Virus record (IMG/VR): IMGVR_UViG_3300030207_004498
Location: 1-46,671 of that record
Source of the DNA: a virus
Taxonomy: Duplodnaviria; Caudoviricetes
Reading direction: 5' to 3' (one strand)
Length of the DNA: 46,671 bases
The first letter of the stretch is position 1. Every line of letters starts with the position of its first letter. Positions 7,333 through 16,236 of this stretch are shown piece after piece. The translations under genes were made by a program, and so were the position numbers. A model generated the notes under the pieces. It saw only the letters and a list, made by a program, of their open reading frames with translations, was not told where the DNA came from and did no database searches.

Positions 7333-8004
7333 ATGAAAATACTAATACCACTATTTCTTGTTAGTTCTCTTTTCGCACAAGAGAATCCTTACGATACAAT
7401 CGTTAAGCGAAACGCCTTTACCCTACTTAAAGAGGCGCCAGCAAAAGTTGAGCTACCAAAGTTATTGGAACAACCACCCATTAAACTTAACCTGACAGGC
7501 ATTATAGTCAGGAGAGGAGTCACCAATGTCTACATGTTTTCTAAGGATGTCCCAAAAAGATTCTTAAAAATTTCTACGAAAAGGAGGACAGACAGCGGAG
7601 TAACACTTTTAAGCGTAGAGAGAGGCCTAGTGGAGGTAAATAATAATGGAGCAATAGAACTACTTTCTTTTGAGACCCACAAGCTACCCTCCACAATTAC
7701 ATTACCCCCTCTCAATACCAAACCTACAATTGTAAAAAAGAAGGACGATAAAGATAAATCTGTTGAAGCGGCGCCGCCGACCCCTAAAGCAAACATAGTC
7801 ACCGTGCCTTCTCGGCGGCCAAAAATAGACCCAAGGGTCATCCAAAAAGGGCTGGAGTATATAGAGAGGATAGACGATAAAGAAAAGAGAGAGTATATCC
7901 TTCAAAGACTAGAAAGACTTCAAAACGGGCAAGAAAAAATAGATAACAAAATAGAAATTAACGAGAGACGCAGACAATACGACGAAAGAAAAAGAAACAA
8001 ATAA
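7333..8004 (+). CDS. Exported protein with GspC/PilP-like beta domain
   Basis: Short signal peptide MKILIPLFLVSSLFA, NPY..IVKRNAF, Pro-rich linker, LNLTGII...GVTLLSVERGLVEVNNNGAIELLSF, then Pro-rich and charged coiled-coil tail. Confidence 0.6.
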   Translation: MKILIPLFLVSSLFAQENPYDTIVKRNAFTLLKEAPAKVELPKLLEQPPIKLNLTGIIVRRGVTNVYMFSKDVPKRFLKISTKRRTDSGVTLLSVERGLVEVNNNGAIELLSFETHKLPSTITLPPLNTKPTIVKKKDDKDKSVEAAPPTPKANIVTVPSRRPKIDPRVIQKGLEYIERIDDKEKREYILQRLERLQNGQEKIDNKIEINERRRQYDERKRNK

Positions 8005-8005
8005 A

Positions 8006-8680
8006 ATGAACGTAAAGCTAATATCGTTAACTCAACCATTTTCGCACGAATCAACTGGCTTCCCAGAGGATCTAATAGCTTACTGCGCCAGAGTGAGCAA
8101 TCCGGAAAATCAAGACAATAAAGCCACCTCCGCTAGATTACTTAAATTTTTAATAAAGCATAAACACTGGTCTCCATTTGAGATGGTAGACATGACTCTG
8201 GAGATTAAAACCAGCAGAGCAATAGCTGCTCAAATTTTACGTCACAGGAGTTTTAGCTTCCAAGAGTTTAGTCAAAGATATTCCGCAGCCCAAGGAATAG
8301 AGCCTGTAGAGATACGTAAACAAGCTGAAAAGAACCGTCAAAGCAGTACTGACGGATTTGAGGATGCTTATTTACTTTCCAAAGTTAGGGAACATACATC
8401 TAAAGGCCTCTCTTTATACAAGCAATTGGTTGAAGCCGGAGCTGCAAAAGAGTCAGCTAGAATGATACTGCCCCTTACCACGGAAACAACAATGTATATG
8501 AAGGGTAGCATCAGAAGCTGGATACATTATATAGATTTACGCACTGAGGAAAATACCCAAAAGGAACATAGAGAAGTAGCTGAAGAATGCAAAAGAATAT
8601 TTAAAGAGCACTTTCCAAATGTATCCGAAGCCCTTTGGCAGGCCGAGCATTCAGATTATAGATGGAAGCCCGAGAAATGA
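8006..8680 (+). CDS. thyX: FAD-dependent thymidylate synthase
   Basis: IAYCARVS, HWSPFE, RHRSFSFQEFSQRY (ThyX signature), ESARMILP, TQKEHR. Confidence 0.97.
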   Translation: MNVKLISLTQPFSHESTGFPEDLIAYCARVSNPENQDNKATSARLLKFLIKHKHWSPFEMVDMTLEIKTSRAIAAQILRHRSFSFQEFSQRYSAAQGIEPVEIRKQAEKNRQSSTDGFEDAYLLSKVREHTSKGLSLYKQLVEAGAAKESARMILPLTTETTMYMKGSIRSWIHYIDLRTEENTQKEHREVAEECKRIFKEHFPNVSEALWQAEHSDYRWKPEK

Positions 8681-9330
8681 AGCGCGATTTATTCGTAACT
8701 GATTTTTGGGAATTTGATTTCCCTTACCACAAACAATTCAAAAGTCAGATTTTAGAATATGTATCGCGCCCTCATGCCCAAGAACATATAAAAATTCATT
8801 CCTCCGAAACTCAAGAGCTTAGCAATCCCTCTTTAAATTCTTACGGGGGAGATGAACTACCTTTTGAAGACGATAAAAATATTTTTTCATTTTTTCAAAC
8901 TCAAATAAAAAAACTTTTATTAAAGGTTCAGGCTGAACACGATTGGGATAAAGGAGAATGGGGGAACATTGACCCTTGGTTAAATATAAACCAAAAGGGC
9001 AATTTCAACCCCCCACACATACACCCCGGAAACGACTACTCAGGATGCTACTACATAAGCTTTCCCGAGGACTCTGGGTTTATCCACTTCTTAGACCCAA
9101 GACCACAGCATAGGTTCAGTTCGCCTAACCCAAGAAGCGAGAATGAAAGAGAAAACTGGTATTTCTCAAAAAACAAATATGATTCTAGCTTCTTTACTTA
9201 CCCTATAAAAGAAGGAAAAGTGGTAATCTTTCCGTCTTGGCTGATGCATTACGTTGATCCTAACAAGAACGATAACCTAAGAATCTCTATAGCTTTTAAC
9301 GCTAAATACAACCAATTTTATGATAGTTAA
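8677..9330 (+). CDS. 2OG-Fe(II) oxygenase superfamily protein (phage TIGR02466-like)
   Basis: WLNIN...PHIHP...SGCYY, FLDPR, VIFPSWLMHYV, RISIAFN. ATG 8677 (ATGA overlap with thyX) preferred over 8662. Confidence 0.88.
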   Translation: MKRDLFVTDFWEFDFPYHKQFKSQILEYVSRPHAQEHIKIHSSETQELSNPSLNSYGGDELPFEDDKNIFSFFQTQIKKLLLKVQAEHDWDKGEWGNIDPWLNINQKGNFNPPHIHPGNDYSGCYYISFPEDSGFIHFLDPRPQHRFSSPNPRSENERENWYFSKNKYDSSFFTYPIKEGKVVIFPSWLMHYVDPNKNDNLRISIAFNAKYNQFYDS

Positions 9331-9532
9331 AAAAGATAAACTTATAGAATTTGTTAACTTAGTCAACGAATGCTGTGAGGTTATGGATGACAGCTACGTT
9401 AGCGACTGGTTAAACAAGCCAAACCCAGATTTAAACATGGAAATGCCTATAGATGTTTTTAATCACGAAGGGGATGAAAGACTTTACAGGCTTTTATATT
9501 TTATAGACATTGGCGAAGCGGATCTAAACTGA
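9320..9532 (+). CDS. Xre/MbcA/ParS antitoxin C-terminal toxin-binding domain (DUF2384-like), orphan
   Basis: WLNKPNPDLNMEMPIDV...G...L..I..G matches the WLxxPxxxLxxxxPxD family signature; no HTH domain, no adjacent RES toxin. Confidence 0.75.
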   Translation: MIVKKDKLIEFVNLVNECCEVMDDSYVSDWLNKPNPDLNMEMPIDVFNHEGDERLYRLLYFIDIGEADLN

Positions 9533-9533
9533 T

Positions 9534-9597
9534 AAAACAAAAGGAGGTTGTTTTTCGGTTTCTCCTCTCCGACTATCAGACAGGTCAAAGAAACCGA
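9534..9597. terminator. Hairpin pair at the convergence of metabolic and structural transcription
   Basis: AAAACAA/TTGTTTT (9534-9554) and TCGGTTTCT/AGAAACCGA (9555-9563, 9589-9597) inverted repeats in the gap between convergent genes. Confidence 0.4.
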
Positions 9598-9599
9598 TT

Positions 9600-12500
9600 T
9601 TATAATTCTGGAGTGCTACTCACAACGGCCGTTGTCCCATCCGGAAACCTAGTTCTAGTCACTAGATAAACCACTCCGTTTACAGTTTCTCTTTGAGTAA
9701 AGTTCCCAACTCTAGTCGAACTTACCGGAGTATCGTCTGCATCTACTATATTAAATTCTACCACTGATGCATCCAGTATAACCTCAAAATCGCTTAAGGA
9801 ATCGTTTGTACCCCCTGAAAGCAGTATATTGGTCATTCCTCGACTTTCTATACCTTCTTTCGGTACTGTTGCTGTTATTTTAGTTGCAGAATTAATGGTA
9901 AAATCAGCCCGTAAAGTTTCGCCACTTGGTATCTCAAAGAATACTCCAGTTACGGCATTGAAGCCAAATCCAGTTATTTCAACATTTGATCCTGTCACTC
10001 CTCTAACAGGCCCAAATCCCGTGCCATTAACTTGAGTTCCTTCAATTTTATATTCCGTAGGAAAGAAACTAACTTGATTGGGAAGATATTCTTGAGTTTC
10101 AGTTCCTGCTGAAGTAGGCCTACTATTCTGCTCTGTGTCGTCCCAAGGGTTTACTATAAAGAATTTACCCGTACCTACAAAGCCGCTATCTAACTGAAAC
10201 GAAAACTTATTATAAAAAATATTTAAATCCTCTATTACGCCCCGGCCGGTTGTTATACTATTTACCGGGTATAAATAAACTTCATTTCTACTTTCATAGT
10301 TTCCTGTTCCGGATATACCTATTGCGTAGTCTCCGGACTCAAATCCTGCGTTGTAATAATTAGTTCCAGTTATAAGCACTGTGTGTCCAGTACCTATATT
10401 TGCAGCCGTGCCTGCTCCAGTCAGACCGCTTATCATACTTAAAGGGTTGAATCCCGAAACCGAAACCCCAGCATTTGTATTATCTTCCCCTGTTATAATT
10501 ATATCTCCCGCCGTAATACCTGTAGGCACTTCTACAGTTATAGTTTCAACTCCAAAATCAGGCCCAGACGGAGACAGGTTTGTAGTTTTTTGAGTAAAAA
10601 CATACCCGCCAGTCGGATATTCAAAACCGACAGATAAATCAGCAACATTTCGACCACTTAAAGTAAAGGTCTCTCCTTTCCCCAAATAGTTCGTGAAACC
10701 TGAGATATTAGAAACGTTTATACCGAAAGGAGTATCGGACTTTCTATTCTTAAAATCCACCGACTTAAAAACGCCGCTGCCAGTATGTATATTTGGAGGC
10801 ACGTTAAATACAACCCTGCTTGGATTCTTGAAAGATATGTCACTATAAGAAAATTCAGATCCATTCTCGCCGGTAAAACTAAATCCTGTAATAAGGTTCA
10901 TTCTTTCCCCGGTAACAGTTATGATGTCACCTACTTGAAAAACTTGATCTTGATTAAAAGAACTAGGCTTGCCACCTTGACCTAAATAAAATCCACTAAT
11001 GGACGGCTTAGGCTGACTAACCTTTAATATACCCGTGCTAGAAGCAAGCCCCCCGCTTGTTTGGATATTTATAACATCACTAGTGATATTTTCGGGGATA
11101 GTGAAAACAAAACCCGTTAAATTCTTATAAGGATCAGTTTCCCTGTTTACCGCATCCTGAGTATAATCATCGACAAAATATTCACCTATTTTAAGGCCAC
11201 TGGTTACTATTTCTTCAAAGTACCCAGATACTGTAACTGTATCTCCAAATTCTGCCTCAGAAGGCTCAAAACCGCTAATGACAGGGTTGAACATAAACCC
11301 TGTAAGCTCTGAAGTAAGGGTTGTTCCCCTCCTGTTCCTAGCTCTTATCTTGTAATCATTACCTGTTTCGAGTACGGCAGGGTAGGTAAAAGTTATCTGA
11401 TTATTTGCCAGCGTATAACCACTAATTCCTATATCTCCACGAAAATTAACAGGCGCTACGTTGCCGTCATGTAAACTTAAAGTAGTCCCAGAATATAAAT
11501 TAGATCCATATATAGCGCCAGTAGTGCCGGGAGAAAATGGCGAATCAGGGAAGCCAACGGGGTATATTGAATCAATAACAGGTGTCCCTAATATAGTAAA
11601 GTCGGTAGATGCGTTGCCAAAAATACCCGACAAAGAAATAGATTTAACTTCTTGACTATTCGAATAAGAATTTGAACTAGGCAGCTCGAATTGTAAAACT
11701 TTACCGGGATTTACCGTAGCAATAATAGGAGCCATCGTTCCAAACCCTATGTTGCCTACGTCTACGCCTGTCATGCCGTATAAGTTTGTTCCCTGTATAG
11801 ATATTAAATCTCCCGGAACTCCTGAATGAGGCGCTAGACCTGTTATCTGAGGAGTACCAACTTTAGGCGTAAAAGTTTCCACCGGATAATATTCCTCTGG
11901 ATAATTTTGGCTAAAAATTTTAACGTCTTTAGTCGATATAAAATAAGCAGTTCCCCCTGCGGCTAAATTACCAGATATATTTATTACAACGTCAGCAGGG
12001 ACCTTTGCCCTTAAAACCCTGTCACTTACTAACTTAGCGTTCCCCGTTTCCCCTCCTATAGAAACCAAGTATTTATAAGTAGCGTCAGGAATTGGATAAT
12101 TTTCACCATCGTACAGCAAATCTGCATGGAAGTTTTCTCCGCTTATATCTATAAAATCCCCAACCTCTACATTCGTCTCTACTCCGGTAACTTTTGCTAA
12201 AGGAGTAAAAGATATATCGGATGGAGCAGAGTATGATATACCGCTTTTTAAAGAAAGCACAGGAGAGCCTGCTGCATTCCCAACTGGGACTAAAAACTGA
12301 AGCCCCGTAGAATTAGGGCCATCTAAAGAAGAATCGCCCAGATAACCTGTCAGCGATATAGAGTTTATGCTGGCCCCAATTACTCCAGACAAAGATGTTC
12401 CCTCTATAGTTAAAACTTCACCACTTGTTAATTGGCCCGAACTTAAACCTGTTACTTCTGGAATTGGAACAAACTCATTATAGCTTTTTCCGCTAGCTTC

Positions 12501-12968
12501 ACTAGTGCTACCATTTAACCCAGTCCTGAGAGAAGACACCACGCTAACCTCTCCATAGTTTGCGTTTTGAGGAACTTGAACAGTTATCTCTTCTTCCGAC
12601 AATACATCGAAGTAATTACTTTTTACGCCGCCAAACTCAACATCTGTTATCCTATAGAAGTTCTGGCCAGATAAAGTTATCAAGTCTCCTTGCGAGCCGC
12701 TTACGTAATCATCCTCTAGACCGCTAACGGTTATCTGGCTTGCTGAATCAAGCACAACCTGCGCAGATCCCAGATTTAAAGTGTTTGAATAAGATGTATC
12801 AATAAAGATATCACTTGTTATAGCGTTAGCTGGCACTACCCCAGATATACCAGTTGTTCCTACGTAAGCCAGCTCTTCTACTTCGTCAGTACCAAAGCGA
12901 ACTTTCTCAGTGAAGTTCATGTTTGAACCACTTAAAATAAATCTTCTTTTTGGTCTAAAAGTTGGCAT
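9600..12968 (-). CDS. Large IPT/TIG (Ig-like) repeat virion protein
   Basis: Repeated P.I.G..P..G..GD.ITI.G.N[FL] units, e.g. PQITGLAPHSGVPGDLISIQGTNL, PVISGFEPSEAEFGDTVTVSG, GSNVEITGFGFNAVTGVFF. Confidence 0.8.
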   Translation of the reverse strand: MPTFRPKRRFILSGSNMNFTEKVRFGTDEVEELAYVGTTGISGVVPANAITSDIFIDTSYSNTLNLGSAQVVLDSASQITVSGLEDDYVSGSQGDLITLSGQNFYRITDVEFGGVKSNYFDVLSEEEITVQVPQNANYGEVSVVSSLRTGLNGSTSEASGKSYNEFVPIPEVTGLSSGQLTSGEVLTIEGTSLSGVIGASINSISLTGYLGDSSLDGPNSTGLQFLVPVGNAAGSPVLSLKSGISYSAPSDISFTPLAKVTGVETNVEVGDFIDISGENFHADLLYDGENYPIPDATYKYLVSIGGETGNAKLVSDRVLRAKVPADVVINISGNLAAGGTAYFISTKDVKIFSQNYPEEYYPVETFTPKVGTPQITGLAPHSGVPGDLISIQGTNLYGMTGVDVGNIGFGTMAPIIATVNPGKVLQFELPSSNSYSNSQEVKSISLSGIFGNASTDFTILGTPVIDSIYPVGFPDSPFSPGTTGAIYGSNLYSGTTLSLHDGNVAPVNFRGDIGISGYTLANNQITFTYPAVLETGNDYKIRARNRRGTTLTSELTGFMFNPVISGFEPSEAEFGDTVTVSGYFEEIVTSGLKIGEYFVDDYTQDAVNRETDPYKNLTGFVFTIPENITSDVINIQTSGGLASSTGILKVSQPKPSISGFYLGQGGKPSSFNQDQVFQVGDIITVTGERMNLITGFSFTGENGSEFSYSDISFKNPSRVVFNVPPNIHTGSGVFKSVDFKNRKSDTPFGINVSNISGFTNYLGKGETFTLSGRNVADLSVGFEYPTGGYVFTQKTTNLSPSGPDFGVETITVEVPTGITAGDIIITGEDNTNAGVSVSGFNPLSMISGLTGAGTAANIGTGHTVLITGTNYYNAGFESGDYAIGISGTGNYESRNEVYLYPVNSITTGRGVIEDLNIFYNKFSFQLDSGFVGTGKFFIVNPWDDTEQNSRPTSAGTETQEYLPNQVSFFPTEYKIEGTQVNGTGFGPVRGVTGSNVEITGFGFNAVTGVFFEIPSGETLRADFTINSATKITATVPKEGIESRGMTNILLSGGTNDSLSDFEVILDASVVEFNIVDADDTPVSSTRVGNFTQRETVNGVVYLVTRTRFPDGTTAVVSSTPEL

Positions 12969-13849
12969 TATATATTCCCCTCCGAACTTGTTGTTCCTAT
13001 TCCTATACAGCCTTCTACGCCTAAATTATCTATTATTTTAGCAACGAAAGTACTTACTGCCTGAGTTGAATTTTCAACAATTGTTATAGAATGCTTTACG
13101 TAGTCTTGCACTGCCCCAGCCAAACTTCTTTGTTGTATGACTCCCGAACAAGCAAAGTTCTCCCTGACTACGTTTGCTATATTTTTTAAGTCTACAGATA
13201 TTAAAGCATCTGCGCCCGAAACTGGTAGGAACCCAGTCGGGTTATCTACCTCGAAATTCATATTTGTAGTTTTTGGGCCAAAACTAACACTGCTAGGCTT
13301 GGTTTCACCCATTAAGTATACAGGCTTTACTTCTGAAGAGTAATTGTAGGTGCCAGCTATGAAATCGCTTATTTCACCATCGATCGGAGTACTACCTTGA
13401 GAAATTGAAGCTCTTTCGAAATTTAAAACTTCGGTATTAGTTGGAGCAGCTCCGGTAGTTGGGTGGAATTCGCCTTCAAGATCATCAAAAAAAGAAATTG
13501 ATGCAGTAGCTATAGCCGGAGCATTCGGAGAAAAATTTACAGAGTATGAATTGAGATACCCACTGTCAAAAAAAAGGCCTCCAAAATTGCCGCTAATCAC
13601 CTGACTTGTTGATATAGGTATTTCGCCTTGCCCGGTAATAAAAGATTTAACAAAATAATCTCGCCCAGTAATGTAGTATGAAAAGTCTAATTTTCCGCCT
13701 ATACCGTTGGACGGCACGTAATTTACTGTACTTCTGTCTACTATGGTATAATTAGGCTGAAGACTAGCGCTTAGGTTAATAGAAGCATTTGAGGCTAATA
13801 TTTCATTGCCATTGATCTGTAATTTAGCGTTGTCTGCGGTATAAAACAC
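12968..13849 (-). CDS. Tail-tube-like paralogue (minor tail protein)
   Basis: GYLNSYSVN and YSSEVKPVYLMG shared with neighbours and with 33942-35285; GTG start. Confidence 0.6.
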   Translation of the reverse strand: MFYTADNAKLQINGNEILASNASINLSASLQPNYTIVDRSTVNYVPSNGIGGKLDFSYYITGRDYFVKSFITGQGEIPISTSQVISGNFGGLFFDSGYLNSYSVNFSPNAPAIATASISFFDDLEGEFHPTTGAAPTNTEVLNFERASISQGSTPIDGEISDFIAGTYNYSSEVKPVYLMGETKPSSVSFGPKTTNMNFEVDNPTGFLPVSGADALISVDLKNIANVVRENFACSGVIQQRSLAGAVQDYVKHSITIVENSTQAVSTFVAKIIDNLGVEGCIGIGTTSSEGNI

Positions 13850-13850
13850 A

Positions 13851-14756
13851 TTAATAAGCTGCGACTAAAGTCTTTTGAGTTCTCACAATATCATCAAGCC
13901 CCACAGAAGCAGAGGTGTTAATTTGCTTAACGCCGCTCATTCCTATCTGCATTTGAACGTTATTATCTATCAAGCCCTTAACGTTCAAATTAACGTTTCC
14001 GTTTGGATTATTAACATTGACACCGCTAAAAGATAATCCGGAGTTAAAAATATCTTCAGTTACTGTCATTTGCTCTGCCGCAGTTGTATAATACGTGCAA
14101 GTAGGAAATTCTTGCCCAACTTTATAAATAGGATTGTGATTAAAAGAAATTGAATAATCAGCACCAAAAACTGTACCATTAGAGGTAGGGCTTGTTAGCT
14201 CAGTTCTAAAATCGTCTAAATTAGTAAACCTTCCGTGACCTACTCCCGTTGCAAGTCTAGCGTTATCAGAAACTGGCGCAAAATCACTATTTGCCAACCT
14301 GCCAGTTACGGGAAGGTTTAGAGTTTGATGAGTGCCAACGCCCACTGTGCCGCTACCAAATAATGTAAATGAAGCGCTAGAGGTCGAAACAGAGTTGCTA
14401 GCAATATTAAAACTATAAGAATTTAAAAACCCAGATCCACTTAGTCCAGCTACCTGTATTACAGCCCCACTAGCGAGACTATTTATAGAGCCCTTAATTC
14501 CACTTGCTAAATAATTAATAATGTTTCCGGGTTGACCGTCATGGACCCCGGTCATAGAAGTTAAAAAACTAAAAGAAATCTCACCCACTCTTGCAGCAGA
14601 AGGGAATTGGCCTAAAGATCCTTTATTACCAATTGAATACAGGGGTTGAACAGACGAACTAAAACTAACACTGCAATCAGAAGCCAAAAGCACTTCACTA
14701 GCGCTCCCAACTGAAACCTTCACCGCTGCCTTATCATAAAAAATTAAATCTGCCAT
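13851..14756 (-). CDS. Tail-tube-like paralogue (minor tail protein)
   Basis: FSSSVQPLYSIG, GFLNSYSFN, FNHNPIYKVGQ. Confidence 0.6.
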   Translation of the reverse strand: MADLIFYDKAAVKVSVGSASEVLLASDCSVSFSSSVQPLYSIGNKGSLGQFPSAARVGEISFSFLTSMTGVHDGQPGNIINYLASGIKGSINSLASGAVIQVAGLSGSGFLNSYSFNIASNSVSTSSASFTLFGSGTVGVGTHQTLNLPVTGRLANSDFAPVSDNARLATGVGHGRFTNLDDFRTELTSPTSNGTVFGADYSISFNHNPIYKVGQEFPTCTYYTTAAEQMTVTEDIFNSGLSFSGVNVNNPNGNVNLNVKGLIDNNVQMQIGMSGVKQINTSASVGLDDIVRTQKTLVAAY

Positions 14757-14770
14757 AGCCTTGTGGTTTA

Positions 14771-14776
14771 TTACAC
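14771..14776 (-). promoter_or_regulatory. GTGTAA motif (candidate late promoter)
   Basis: Minus strand taGTGTAAtaaaccacAAGGctATG. Confidence 0.55.
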
Positions 14777-14781
14777 TATTT

Positions 14782-15612
14782 TTACCTTAATATGAAAGAT
14801 CTGAGGTTAAAATTAATACTTGCATTAGAATTTGAATTTCCCTGAAAAGACTCAGATGTTAAGAGCATATCTTCAAAAGAGTACGTTAATAATGTAATGT
14901 CTGAATTGTTTTTTTTCAAAGTAATTGTAGTATCTCTAAAAACGGTCTCCTCTGGAACAAATCTCATATTTTTAATTTCGTAATCATCTGGTTCTATATC
15001 GAAGCTTACATTTACCTCAACTGGGGTAGCCGCTATCACCCCCGTTGGAACATCCAAACCTACAGCGTAAACAGGAATCCGAGGGGTAGCTACGTCAATA
15101 TTAAAACTCAAAACCCTGTTTGTAGCGAACTCATTTAAGTTTATTTCCATAGAGCTATAGCTCGGAATATTAAGCTGACTCGGATAAGAATCAGTTGGTA
15201 AATTAGTTAGATCGCCAGTCCCAAATTCCCCATAAATAACAGAGCTCGTTGAAATAGTGGGGATTTGACCAATCGCGCAGTTGACAGAATAAGACTGCAT
15301 GTAACCCTCCGTAAAAATAAATTTTTTACTTCCGTGACCAACTACCCCACTAAAAGGAAAATCTCCCGTGAATCCATACATCATCTCTGTAGACAAAGTT
15401 GGAGCAGACGGAGACAAGGTATGAGTCAGCATTGTATTTACATCTATAACGGCTTGCTGAGGGCCTTGGGGAGCATATTTTACATCATTTACTCCCAAAT
15501 TATTCAAAAATTGAGCAGTAGAAGCATAGTTGGCCGAGATAGACTGGATTCCTTGAATTCCGCTACCGTTTATCGTAAGGCTTTCTGCCTCCCTTGTTAT
15601 TCTTCCTAACAT
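14782..15612 (-). CDS. Tail-tube-like paralogue (minor tail protein)
   Basis: GIQSISANY, GYMQSYSVNCAIGQIPTIS, TPRIPVYAVG, PVEVNVSFDI. Confidence 0.6.
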   Translation of the reverse strand: MLGRITREAESLTINGSGIQGIQSISANYASTAQFLNNLGVNDVKYAPQGPQQAVIDVNTMLTHTLSPSAPTLSTEMMYGFTGDFPFSGVVGHGSKKFIFTEGYMQSYSVNCAIGQIPTISTSSVIYGEFGTGDLTNLPTDSYPSQLNIPSYSSMEINLNEFATNRVLSFNIDVATPRIPVYAVGLDVPTGVIAATPVEVNVSFDIEPDDYEIKNMRFVPEETVFRDTTITLKKNNSDITLLTYSFEDMLLTSESFQGNSNSNASINFNLRSFILR

Positions 15613-15627
15613 TACCTTATCTTTATT

Positions 15628-15649
15628 TTACACTCTTTTTTAAGTGTAA
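15628..15649. promoter_or_regulatory. Back-to-back GTGTAA motifs between divergent structural operons
   Basis: TTACAC 15628-15633 (minus, toward 15612) and GTGTAA 15644-15649 (plus, toward 15678); each followed by an AT tract and AAGG RBS. Confidence 0.65.
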
Positions 15650-15677
15650 TATAATAAATAAAGGCTTAAGGTAAAAA

Positions 15678-16235
15678 ATGGCTAACAGTATCTACAATGT
15701 ACCACTTCACGATTCAAGCAAGAGCTATTCGAAGAACGATATAGTTTTTACTAGACAAAATATCGGGGACTCAGGAATTCCTAGAGAGTTAAAATACTAC
15801 TATGCCCTGATAGATGTACCGACTAGTACGCCAATTACTTCCTCCGGCCACTGGGGCGGCTACATTGACGTCAAAGGACAAAACAAGCCATATTTCTTAT
15901 GGACTCCTGCTTACAACCTTAACGTCAATCACCAACCCAGAGCAAATGTTGTCGTTTTTGGTAATGGCTACGAGCAAAGAAGCCCTGACGGAATATTTAA
16001 CAGTTTAATAAAATTAGATGTTTCTTTTGACATGAGGAACCAAGCCGAAGCCAGAGCTATTATACATTTCTTAAAAGCTAGAAGAGGAATAGAAAGCTTT
16101 ATCATCAAACATCTCCCCCCAATCTATGCTGACTCAAATTACAACAAAAAATTTTACTGCTCTAATTTTAACTCAAATTTCGCTTTCCATGACAACTATA
16201 CCATGAAAGCGACCTTCATAGAAACTAACAATTAA
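15678..16235 (+). CDS. Lambda gpM-like minor tail (distal tail) protein
   Basis: FGNGYEQRSPDGI, F..R...EA.AI..FL...RG..SF, ATFIE; first gene of an M-L-K-I-J run. Confidence 0.85.
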   Translation: MANSIYNVPLHDSSKSYSKNDIVFTRQNIGDSGIPRELKYYYALIDVPTSTPITSSGHWGGYIDVKGQNKPYFLWTPAYNLNVNHQPRANVVVFGNGYEQRSPDGIFNSLIKLDVSFDMRNQAEARAIIHFLKARRGIESFIIKHLPPIYADSNYNKKFYCSNFNSNFAFHDNYTMKATFIETNN

Positions 16236-16236
16236 A

